A stretch of 64,000 nt of DNA from Octopus sinensis (Eukaryota): assembly GCF_006345805.1 (NCBI RefSeq), contig NC_043022.1, positions 19,716,001-19,780,000 of the forward strand, written 5' to 3'. Below the pieces are notes generated by a model. That model was not told the DNA's origin, ran no database searches, and was given only the letters and a program-made list of their open reading frames with translations. This document shows positions 52,517-64,000 of this stretch, piece by piece (position 1 is the stretch's first letter; each line of letters begins with the position of its first letter). Made by a program: the position numbers and the translations under genes.

Positions 52517-53340
52517 TAAAGAATTCTCGATCGGTGTTTTCGGACGATTATAGTAAATGTTAGTATATATGAATAAAATTATGTGTTTTTGACTACAACA
52601 TGAAAGTATTTTAGCTCTTATTTCTAGCAATGAAGGTGTTTCTAACACTCTGGTGATATTTAATGACAATTATAGTTTCCCTTTTTAGTGAAATATTGTA
52701 AACTGCTGTTTATACTAATTTTCTACACATACATACATCTGTGTGTCTGAGTGTGTATCGAAAATATTGAAATGTTCTGAACACAATTACAAAGGGTTAA
52801 CCTCTTCATTTCAAGATACGTACTTGACATTTATTTATTTATTGTTTGCACTGATACATCCTATCAATTTCTTTCATTTTCGTTTCTTTAAATCTGTAAG
52901 AGATCTTACTCGTTATTTTACGTTTTACTCTTTAAAAAAAAAAAAAAAATTAATACTTGGATTAATAAGATTGCGGTAGAACGCAGAAAAATCTTGGTCG
53001 CAAATAGATTGCGTTTGGATTTCTTTCATGCACACTGCGTTTCACCCTCGAGATATTTCTTTACCAAAGAAGGAAAATACTGAGGAGAAATCAAAAAAAC
53101 GGCGTTACTTTCATGAGTTTATGCATTCGTGTGAGTAATGCAATTTGAATGTGGAAAAAGTAAGTTTAATTAGTTACTAGTGCTAAAGCAGTAGCTTGAA
53201 TATAGCGTCTTTTGTTGTGACATTAGAGGTTATAAAAAGAGATTTCATTGAATTTTTGCATAGAAGTAAGATGGTAACTAAAGAATATGTGTGTATGTGT
53301 GAGCGTTTATGAGTATGTGCATATGCATGTAAACACAGAC

Positions 53341-53385
<45 letters not shown>

Positions 53386-53388
<3 letters not shown>

Positions 53389-53762
53389 TAGCAGTATCGC
53401 CCGGCGTTGCTCAGGTTTGTAAGGGAAATAACTATAAAGCATTTTTAGAGAGTTATAGCCAAAAAATAGCAAAAAGATGGAAAAAAATGATGGTAAATTT
53501 TTTTGATAGTTAAAAAAGGTGGAGTTGCGTCCCCTACACAGTTGTGTTCCTGATTCTCGACCCCATGTCGAATTTATCGATTTTTTTCAGAACTGGGGGA
53601 ACTTTTCAAAATTTTCGCTGCGTTAGTTTTGAATTATGACATTGGGCTATGTGTGTGTCAAGTTTCATCAGAATCGGTTGAAAGCCGTGGTCAGGGTGAG
53701 GGTACAAGCAAACAGACACACAGAAACACGCACAGACAAACTGCCGTTTATATATAGAGAGA
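53386..53762 (+). mobile_element. Helentron/DINE-1-like non-autonomous element
   Basis: Starts ACTAGCAGTATCGCCCGGCGTTGCTC in (TA)n, has an aagtttcatcagaatcgg motif, and ends acagacaaactgccgtttatatatagag. Confidence 0.6.
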
Positions 53763-53767
53763 TATAT

Positions 53768-54018
53768 ATCAACAATCAAGGAACGGCCATAATAGGCCAT
53801 TCACCCACTAGAAATAACAGCCAAAGCTTCAACCGCAAATAAAAGTCAATTCCGTAAACAGGAGAAAATTTAAAAAACATTTACCCTGTAATTTACAGGG
53901 TAAATGTTTTTTAATTTTCTCCTGTTTACGGAATTGACTTTTATTTGCGGTTGTTTGAGCTTTGGCTGTTATTTCTAGTGGGTGAATGGCCTATTATGGC
54001 CGTTCCTTGATTGTTGAT
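53768..54018. repeat. Near-perfect ~250-bp palindrome
   Basis: Arms of about 125 bp centred on CCCTGTAA-T-TTACAGGG (53892), with two small indels. Confidence 0.95.
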
Positions 54019-54119
54019 GTTGAACTTAAAAATGGTCTATGACTATTTAACTTTTTCCCACTAGGCCGCTGGTGGCAAAAAAATTCTACAAATTTTTTTG
54101 CCACCCTATATTGATTAAT

Positions 54120-54240
<121 letters not shown>

Positions 54241-54364
54241 AATAATAGAGGATGAAAGTTTTTTTTTATAATTATCTGGAGTTAAGGTGAAAATTACATG
54301 TATAATCATAAGGGCTTAAATTTTTTAAGCCCTTATTACAATTATATACACGCATACACAGCCC

Positions 54365-54805
54365 TATTTAGGGAGAGCACTGTCTGCTCCACATAGAAAA
54401 AGTCCGCCTAAACAAAGCTCGTCTCCTCTATACCCAGTTGGCCAGCCGCGGTCAACAGGCATCTTCAGAGCGGTCGAGCAAACATGGAAACAAAGCCGAA
54501 GAAAAGTAAGCAGGAGTTGAAAGTTGCCTGCTGGAATGTCAGGACCATGCTTGACAAGGCTGACAGCAGCCGCCCGGAACGTAGTTCGGCTCTCATAGCT
54601 TATGAACTCTCCCGCCTCAACATTGACATAGCAGCTCTCAGCGAGGTCCGCTTCGCTAACGAGGGCAGCGTCAAAGGACGCGGCGCTGGCTACACCCTCT
54701 TCTGGTCTGGAAAAGCATATAGACGCGTGTCGGCATATAGACACCTCCTGCTCGAGTTCTGCACAGAGCACCAACTTGCTATTACCAACACAAGCTTCCA
54801 ACAGG
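54365..54805 (+). mobile_element. RTE-BovB 5' end with APE endonuclease start, internally deleted
   Basis: LKVACWNVRTMLD..RPERSSALIAYELSRLNIDIAALSEVRF.EGS..GYTLFWSGK joined directly to LLLEFCTEHQLAITNT. Confidence 0.85.
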
Positions 54806-54892
54806 TTGTGGTAATTTGGTAATTAGCGTTCGAGAAATAAAATGTCTCACATCACAGAGCACATAAATTAATTATAATTATAACTGCCCATC

Positions 54893-54937
<45 letters not shown>

Positions 54938-55087
54938 ATCTCTCTCTGTTGTGCTCTTCAGTGCAGTTATTATTTCATACACACACATATGTATATATAT
55001 ATATACACACATATGCATATATATATATATATATATGTATATTATATATATATATACACACATACATATTTGTACATTGAATATATA

Positions 55088-55136
<49 letters not shown>

Positions 55137-56177
55137 TATATATATATATATATTATCTATATATATATATATATATATATATTGTAGGTATATGTATGTA
55201 TGTATGCATGTATATATGTACTACCAATACGCAGAATGAGTCCTCGGGTATTGTAGATTCAGTAATTACTTCTAAATAAAAAATTTTATATACAAAGACT
55301 GCTTTATTTCCAGGCGATTTATTCTGAATATTGATTGATATATAAATAGTCCGAGTGATTATCATTTGTTGCTCGGGGTATGGTTTCTATTAATTTCTGT
55401 AATATGTGACGTTCATAGACCTTTTCTCATGCAAATCACTGGTTCCAGCATACCGTGTGAGAAAATATTATGGAAGCACATCCACATTAAAAAAAATTTA
55501 AGGGAAATAAAAAAATAGGCGAAGAATGTTTCAGACAGAAGCTGTCAACGGCCAACCAGGTCCGGAGAGGAGACAGGGCGCAACCATTTTGTATGCCTAT
55601 TGAAGCACATAATGTTGTGAACTTTCTGAAGTTTCCGTAGATCATGTGTTTCGGATGGACACCTCCAGCTGATTTATTAAATACTAGGATACCCGTGTCG
55701 TCAAAAATGCCGACAACTTTGTTAATGATAAAAAAATGGCACCTCAACAGAATGGGGAAACCATTAATAATTGCCAATCTAGTAAATTTATGTACGTACA
55801 CAGAATTGAAGCACTTGAAGAATCAGACACAACTGGAACGTCTTGGTTGAAAATATCGCCCACATAATGTATGTGTCTATATATATGTATGTATATATAT
55901 ATATATATATATATGCATATGTATATATATATATGTATATGTATATGTATATATATATGTATATATATATACGTATATATATGTATATGTATAAATATAA
56001 ATTAAATTAGAGATAAAACCACTATTAGGCGAATCAAACAGTGAAAAACATAAACCAAAACATAGAAATAAAATTAATTAATATAATATACAATATATAT
56101 AAAATATAAAATTTAAAATTTAAATTATTTAAACTTAAAATTTTTTAATTAATTTATATTTATAAATTTTTAAATAC

Positions 56178-56241
<64 letters not shown>

Positions 56242-56439
56242 TATATTATATATATATATATTAATTAGAGATAAAACCACTATTAGGAAAATCAAACAGC
56301 GAAAATCATAAACCAATACATAGAAATAAAATTAATTAACAAAAAATATATAAATATAAAATTCAAAATTTAAAATATTTAAATTAAAGTTAAAATTTTA
56401 AAAAATTATTTAAATTAATAATTCATACTTATAAATTTT

Positions 56440-56475
<36 letters not shown>

Positions 56476-56566
56476 ATTATTATTATTATTTTTTTAAAAT
56501 ATAACTATCAAAAAGTATTAAAGGTTTAATATAAGATAAAGAGTAAATAAAGAGTATATATATATA

Positions 56567-56628
<62 letters not shown>

Positions 56629-57616
56629 TTATATACATACACATTTATATACATAGGCAACATGCTGTCTCTCTCTCTCAGTTTCTCTGCCTATCTCTCT
56701 ATATACATCATGTAATAATTGACATAGAAATAGCGTGATGAAAATCTATTTAACAACAAGAAAATTCAAATATCACGAGAAATTGTTTGGTAACTTAAAT
56801 CACGTTAAGGTAAATTATATTATTATATTTAATAATAAATAAATTACTTTCATGTCTGTATTATTGCATAATGCAAAATTCTCTTAAAACTATGCAGAAA
56901 TTAAGCTACTTTCTGATCTCTTTTATTATAATATCTTCTAGTTATTTTTTGATTATATAACCAAATTCCTCTTTCACCTATTAGACAATCGTCTCTTTAT
57001 TTAATATTAAATTTATTAATATTGTCTTCCATAATCTTTTGAATATTGTTTTTGCATTCTTGAAACGTTACGACAAGTATTTAGTATTATACAAAGACCT
57101 TCAACCTGAGGAAGTAACTTAAATTCTGCGTTGTTTTAAAGTATTCTTGCACTTAAAAGATTCTTGCATTTTGCGTTAATGCAGACAAGTAATTTATTTA
57201 TTTTTAAATATAATAAAATATATCACCTTTCTTTTCTTTAAGTTACAAAAAAACTTGTGATATTTGAATTTTCTTATTGCTAAATAAATTTTCATCATTC
57301 CTTTGTCATTTATAACTTTATACACTCCTTATTGTGTGCTTTTGTATCGTACTATATATTCTGTTTTGTAGAATGATGCTTTAAGGAGCTGAAAGATAAA
57401 AGATACCTATATACTCGACCAGAAGAAAATTCTAACTGGGCCCCACCTGCAAGGTCATGCGCTGTTTATCTTGATATGAGATCACCATGTCGTACACATA
57501 TGGTTGTAATGCATGTACCTAGTGTACCCTTATCAGACGGGTAGACATGATGTGTATATTGGGCTTCGTATATTTGTACCCCAGTGTCACTTTGTTGGCA
57601 TGCGCTGCACTCACTC

Positions 57617-57675
<59 letters not shown>

Positions 57676-57699
57676 TAATAATAATAATGATAATAATCG

Positions 57700-58110
57700 A
57701 TCACCTTTCCAGACATCGGAAACCAGAAATTGTTGTGGTGAAAAAAGAAGAGAGAATATGCATGAAAATTGACATAACATGTCCCGGCGAGAATGACATA
57801 ACATGTCAATGAGAAAGAAGAAAAAATTAAACAGCCACGACGATGTGAAGTGGGGAATATGAAGGTTGTGGTCAATGAAGAGAGTAGACGTGATACCAAT
57901 AGTAATTGGGGCACTTGGAAGTATCAGCATTCAACTACCAGCATGGTTCAAAAAGACTGGTACAAATGTAAAAGTAGAACACCTGCAAAAATCAGCATGT
58001 CTAGAACCTACAAGAATACTTCGCAGGGTTCTTGAAGCACGACCAGTAAACAATTGTCACCTTAGTCTGCTGGCTGTGGACAGCTGACACTTTTTATCAT
58101 ACCCAGCAAA
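57700..58110 (+). mobile_element. R4/Dong 3' fragment (restriction-like endonuclease end)
   Basis: HRKPEIVVVKKEERICMKIDITCP; WSMKRVDVIPIVIGALG; LQKSACLEPTRILRRVL. Confidence 0.8.
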
Positions 58111-58139
58111 ATAAGCTGAGATTTTTCAGAACCGCTATT

Positions 58140-59075
58140 ATTAGAAGTAGGAATGTCAGGTTTGTGTAGGAAGAAAGATTGCAAAGATAAAGCACTATAC
58201 AAGAAATTGAAAACAAATGAAACTGAAAATAGGTGGGTAAAGAAAAGAATGCATGGTCAATTTCATAGCGATGTTGAAGATAAGACAGACAGAGAAATAA
58301 GATGGCTGTGGATGACTAAAAGTGATTTAAAACCGGAAACGGAGGCCCTAAAGTGTGCTTCCCAAGAGCAGGCACTAAGAACAAACTACATAAAATATAG
58401 CATAGACAACACATCAAAAAGTGATAAGTGCAGAATTTGTGGACAAACTGGTGAAGCCGTATGGCATATTACCAGCCAATGTACACCACTAGCCAAGAAG
58501 GAACATAAGAAACGCCACGACCAGCCAGGCTGGTCCATTGGACACTTTGCAACAAGTATGGACTTGACAGAGCAAAAAATTGCCAAAAATAGAATTGCAA
58601 ATATCCTGTGGGATTTTATGATTCAATGCGACCATGAGATTGAAAATAGGAAGCCGGACATATTCTTAATTGAGAAAAAAGGCAAACTATACTGGATCAT
58701 AGATATAGCATGCCCAGCTGACAACAAGGTATGCGATAAGGAAGAAAGAAAAGTTGAGAGATATGACAGGTTAGCTTGGGAAGTAAAGCAGTTGTGGTCG
58801 ATGAAAAAGGTAGCAGTAGTACCAATAATTGTCGGAGCCTTGTGAACAGTGAGCAAAAATCTCGGGAAGTAAGTGAAACAAAAAGGGGCTGCAATAAGGG
58901 TGGAGCACTTGCAGAAAACAGCACTGCTTGGGACCGCTCGAATACTCCGGAAGATGCTCGAAAAATAAGAGGTGTTACCTTAGTTCACTGGTAGTGAACA
59001 GCTGACACTGTAGTACATCTCCAGCGTTAGAAGCTATGCAAAGGCAACAACAACAACAACAATAATAATAATAAT
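58140..59075 (+). mobile_element. R4/Dong 3' fragment: zinc knuckle and PD..D endonuclease domain
   Basis: KPETEAL..QEQALRTNYIK..CRICGQTGEAVWHITSQC..RHD..RKPDIFLIEK..IIDIACPAD..VPIIVGAL. Ends in an (AAC/AAT)n tail. Confidence 0.9.
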
Positions 59076-59661
59076 TCTTTTTGATTTTGGTACAAAGACT
59101 GCAGTTTTGAAAGGAGGTGGAAGTCGATCACATCGACTCCAGCACTTAAATGGTACTGCATTTGAAAGTCGATGTATTTGGCCTTATTGCTCCGACCCCG
59201 TCAACTCATCCAACCCTCAAACTTGCTTATCTTGTGCCAAAATTTGAAAGAAAAAATATGATTTCGAAAGATATAAACGGGAGCCTGTATTTACTTTCAG
59301 CTATTATAAGTTGTAGCACTAGATACGTTTTGAGAGAAAAATCTGTAAGAAACGGCGAGATAACGTAATTTATTTTAGTTAGTGATAGAAGATACAAAAT
59401 AGATACATAATCGGAGAATTTTTTTGTATAATCTTTACCATCTGGTCTCAGGTGACAAATCATATAGAATGTCGTTCTCGAGAATTTTCTCATAAAAATA
59501 GAATTCTTACAAAGAGAATTACAAATACTAAGATTTCGCATCCAAACGAAACACGCAAACGCACACGTAGATGCACACAGACGCACAGATGGAAACACGC
59601 ATAAAACGCACACATAGATACACACATAAATACACACACACACACAAACATATATATATGC

Positions 59662-59721
<60 letters not shown>

Positions 59722-60279
59722 TACACACAAACAAAAGCACACGTAGATACGCACAAACACACACACACACCACACACACACAATATATATATATATAATA
59801 TATATATATATATATACATATATAAATATATATGTATATATATATACATACATATATATATATATATATACACATATATAATATATATACATATATAAAT
59901 ATATATATATAAATACAAATGTGTACATCTATCTATATATATATATATATATGTATGTGTATATGTATATATAAAACAGAAGGAGAAGAAGAAAAGGAGC
60001 ACGATTTGTTGTTGGGATTTGGGTTGGAAAGTGTTGTTGGTGTTAGAGGTTGGGAATAGGATTGATAAGAAATATATACCTGCCAGTGGGTTGAAAACCA
60101 ATAATATCGAAGCTGTGTCAATATACAATACCACACAGAATGGTGTTATTTCAGAAGTCGAGATATTAGCATTGGAATATTCGATAAGTATTTTACGTCG
60201 TGATAAAAGATTATATTAAACAAAGGCATAAAAGACAAATGTTGATGATGATGTTGATGATGATGATGATGATGATGAT

Positions 60280-60659
60280 GAAGCTTAGGAAGAAAGGATC
60301 AACTGCTGGTAGATACAATGCTGCTGAATGGATGCAAGAAAAGTCATACTAAATTTCGAATGGTGTGCATCGATTATAAGAGAGCGTATGACATGGTCTC
60401 CCATTCTTGGATTTTAGAAAGTCTTGAGTTGGTGCAGATGTTTGTACAGGAGTTGGTACAGGTTGATACTGTGAGGAGAGTAGTAGACGTGGTACCAATA
60501 GTAATTGGAGGCACTTGGAAGTATCAGCACTCAAACTAGAAATATGGCTCAAAAAGACTGGTACAAATGTAAATGTAAGAACACCTTCAAAAATCAGCAT
60601 GGCTAGAACCTACGAGAATTCTTCGCAGGGTTCTTAAAGCATGACTAGTAAACAAGTGT

Positions 60660-60728
<69 letters not shown>

Positions 60729-60737
60729 ATAATAATA

Positions 60738-60775
<38 letters not shown>

Positions 60776-60776
60776 G

Positions 60777-60790
<14 letters not shown>
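60280..60790 (+). mobile_element. R4/Dong internally deleted fragment with (ACT)n(AAT)n tail
   Basis: IDYKRAYDMVSHSWILESL fused to VDVVPIVIGG; 3' end similar to 57900-58060. Confidence 0.75.
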
Positions 60791-60824
<34 letters not shown>

Positions 60825-60954
60825 TAATAACCGACTAGAAAATTATTTAAGAGACGGAGGAAAATACTTGTAGACTTATAGATGTAAGTGTTCCCGCAGA
60901 TAAAAAAGTATATATCTAAAGGAATTTGACAAATTAAGTATATATAAGGACCCA

Positions 60955-61285
60955 GATGAGCATTAATGCATTCGAGCTTTGGTGTTGGAGGAGACTTTTA
61001 CGGATTCCATGGTGTTGGAGAAGACTTTTACGGATTCGATGGTGTTGGAGAAAGCTTTTGCGGATTCTATGGACAGCGAGGCTCACAAATGGAGAACTTT
61101 TTAACCAGAGCAAGCCGAAACTGTCGCTAGAAGCTAGGATCACCAAGCATAGATTGACATATTTTGGTCATATTATGCGGAGAAAATCCCTGGAGAAGGA
61201 CATCATGCTCGGAATGGTCAGTGGCAAGAGAGGAAGAGGCCGATTAAGAACCCGCTGGCTTGACACCATCAAGAGTGGACAATCT
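60955..61285 (+). mobile_element. RTE-clade LINE C-terminal fragment
   Basis: INAFELWCWRRLLRIPW..TNGEL..RLTYFGHIMRRKSLEKDIMLGMVSGKRGRGRLRTRWLD. Confidence 0.9.
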
Positions 61286-61690
61286 GAAAGAAGCGACCAA
61301 GTATAGAATTGGCTGGAGGACACTGATCCATCGAGTAACCGCTGTGGGACTGAACCCAGAACCATGTGGTTGAGTAAGAAATGTGTTTAGCACACCGCCA
61401 CGTAGACGCTTCATACCATGGATTTAAACGATATACACAGACCCGTTTCAGGCATTGACACAGGGAGCAGTGGTACGGAAGACTCTCGACTCGGAGTACA
61501 ATTCCAATCAATGTATTCTTTGGCTTGCTCTCCATAAATACATAGTATAGGGCAGAGTGCATTCTAATACCTAGAAGCCTAGAAGCCTATAATGCTACCA
61601 AGACAGCCCTGAAGATATATATGCATACATATGTGTGTATGTGTGTGTGTACGTATGTATGTACGTATATATATATATATGTATGCGTGC

Positions 61691-61755
<65 letters not shown>

Positions 61756-61954
61756 TGTATGTGTGTGTGTGAATGTGAAATGAGAAGAATTTGGAGAAAT
61801 TTTCCTACCGGTGACCAGCATGCGTAATACAGTCAATAGACAACCTATACATGCATGCATGTATACGTATATATGTATATATGTATATATGTATATATGT
61901 ATATATATGCATATGTGTACATATATATACATATGAATGATATATATATATGTA

Positions 61955-62001
<47 letters not shown>

Positions 62002-62190
62002 TAAATATATAGATGTATAGATATATAGACTGATAGATAGATAGATAGATATATAGATAGATAGATAAATAAATAGATAGATAGATAGATAAATAGATAA
62101 ATAGATAGATAGATAAGTAGATAGACAGACAGACAGACAGATAGATAGATAGAGAGATAGATAGATAAATATATAGATAGATAGATAGAC

Positions 62191-62275
<85 letters not shown>

Positions 62276-62591
62276 GTAGATAGATAGGTAGACAGACACA
62301 TCTCACTCACTTCATTATCGTTGACACATTGATTACTAAACGCCAATTTCAGTGTTGACAAGTTAAATGCCTAGAAGTGGGAATAACTTAAATGAATCGA
62401 TCGTACTCAATTCTATCAACAATATAGTCGTTAGAAAGAAAACAGACAACACGTCTGCCTGGCAAGTAACAGATGGAATTAGAAAGGAAACCCGAGAAAA
62501 ACTAATTTTGTATTCCATTTTCGTTTATGCATGTATGTGTGTGTGCTTGCGAGTGTGAGTATGGGCATGTATGTGTGTGTGTGTTTATATA

Positions 62592-62647
<56 letters not shown>

Positions 62648-62838
62648 CATACATATACATATATATCTTTTCATTTTTGGATTTGGTTTTCAAATTCTTA
62701 TGTGAGTTCGCGTGTTGAAGCACATTCTGTTGTGTCTGGGAAGAATCATTCTCTTTTAGTGCCATATATATATATATATATACATAGATACATACATACA
62801 TACATATACATACATACATACATACATACATACATACA

Positions 62839-62874
<36 letters not shown>

Positions 62875-62948
62875 CATACATATATATGTATATATATATA
62901 TTCATATATATAAATATATGTGCGTATATAAATTATTTTATATATAAT

Positions 62949-62995
<47 letters not shown>

Positions 62996-63133
62996 ACATA
63001 CATACATAATATACATGCAAATATTAAGATATTCACATACACACTATATATATACTTATAATACATATATACATACATATATTTGTTCCACGTCCTCGCG
63101 TTGTTGAGCTTTTGTGTTGGTTTCTTGTTTGGA

Positions 63134-63176
<43 letters not shown>

Positions 63177-63667
63177 TATATATTCCAGTATACTGTCCAC
63201 CAAAAATGACAGTTTACACTTTATTTCTTTGTCGTTTAAGTAATTCATAATTATTGTATTTCAAGCTCTGCTCCATTTACATCTCATGTTTCATTTACAT
63301 CTCATTCTCTCTTCTTTCAGTCATACTTATTCTTATTCCTAATACTTCAAGATTTCCTTGTTTACTTTTTGTGTATCTTCTTGTCGTTTCATAAGATATA
63401 TATCCTGTTCCATTTCACATGCGGAACATTGGTTTCTAGTGATCATCTTCTATCTGCAAGTTCCCAAGTGGAGCAGTTTCTTAGTCTTTCAAAATCTCGC
63501 CTACTGCTTAGCTGGTAATTACCTCTTGTATACACGGAAAATCATGTATTCGCCTTTTTATCTTTGATTCTCAGTCTCTAAATCTTTTCTCACTATCATC
63601 TCTCTCTCTCATTTATTTTATTATTTCTTCTCTATATAATTCTCTGCCCTCTCACACACACTCGCAC

Positions 63668-63772
<105 letters not shown>

Positions 63773-63799
63773 TTATCTATCTGTCTGTCTATCTATCTA

Positions 63800-63867
<68 letters not shown>

Positions 63868-64000
63868 TGAGCAAACATAACCTAATCCCTTTTTTCTTCA
63901 TTTCATACACTCATTGCAACACATGCATACTCACACACACACACACATACACACACAACACATACACACACAACACATACACACATACATACTCACACAC

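Noticed and set aside
55487-55801. ORF containing GIQNGCALSPL, similar to an RT motif
   Set aside because: Single short motif with no other RT motifs nearby; cannot be supported.

Overview
64 kb of AT-rich, repeat-saturated eukaryotic DNA with one 100-N gap (31044-31143). The repeat families look like an octopod cephalopod genome; this is inferred from recalled repeat families, not from a search. I could not identify an intact host protein-coding gene. Most ORFs in the track are microsatellite artefacts. The recognisable coding pieces are decayed transposon fragments: RTE/BovB, CR1, R4/Dong, L1/Tx1-like, Penelope RT and GIY-YIG, gypsy gag, Tc1/mariner and hAT. These sit among at least four tRNA-derived SINE families, a (TAA)n-associated repeat, Helentron-type elements, a TTAGGG-carrying MITE and many microsatellites. 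The main finding is a set of small non-coding elements with type I hammerhead ribozyme (HHR) motifs that have short, palindromic or near-palindromic helix III. Five are well formed (17742+, 27385-, 28510-, 37862-, 38219+) and several are degenerate. At 37690-38478 two oppositely oriented arms are circular permutations of one ~362-nt HHR-bearing unit, as expected for retrozyme or Penelope-pLTR elements. All ribozyme calls are from manual motif and pairing inspection; activity is untested. The window also has many fold-back and inverted duplications and several local direct duplications.
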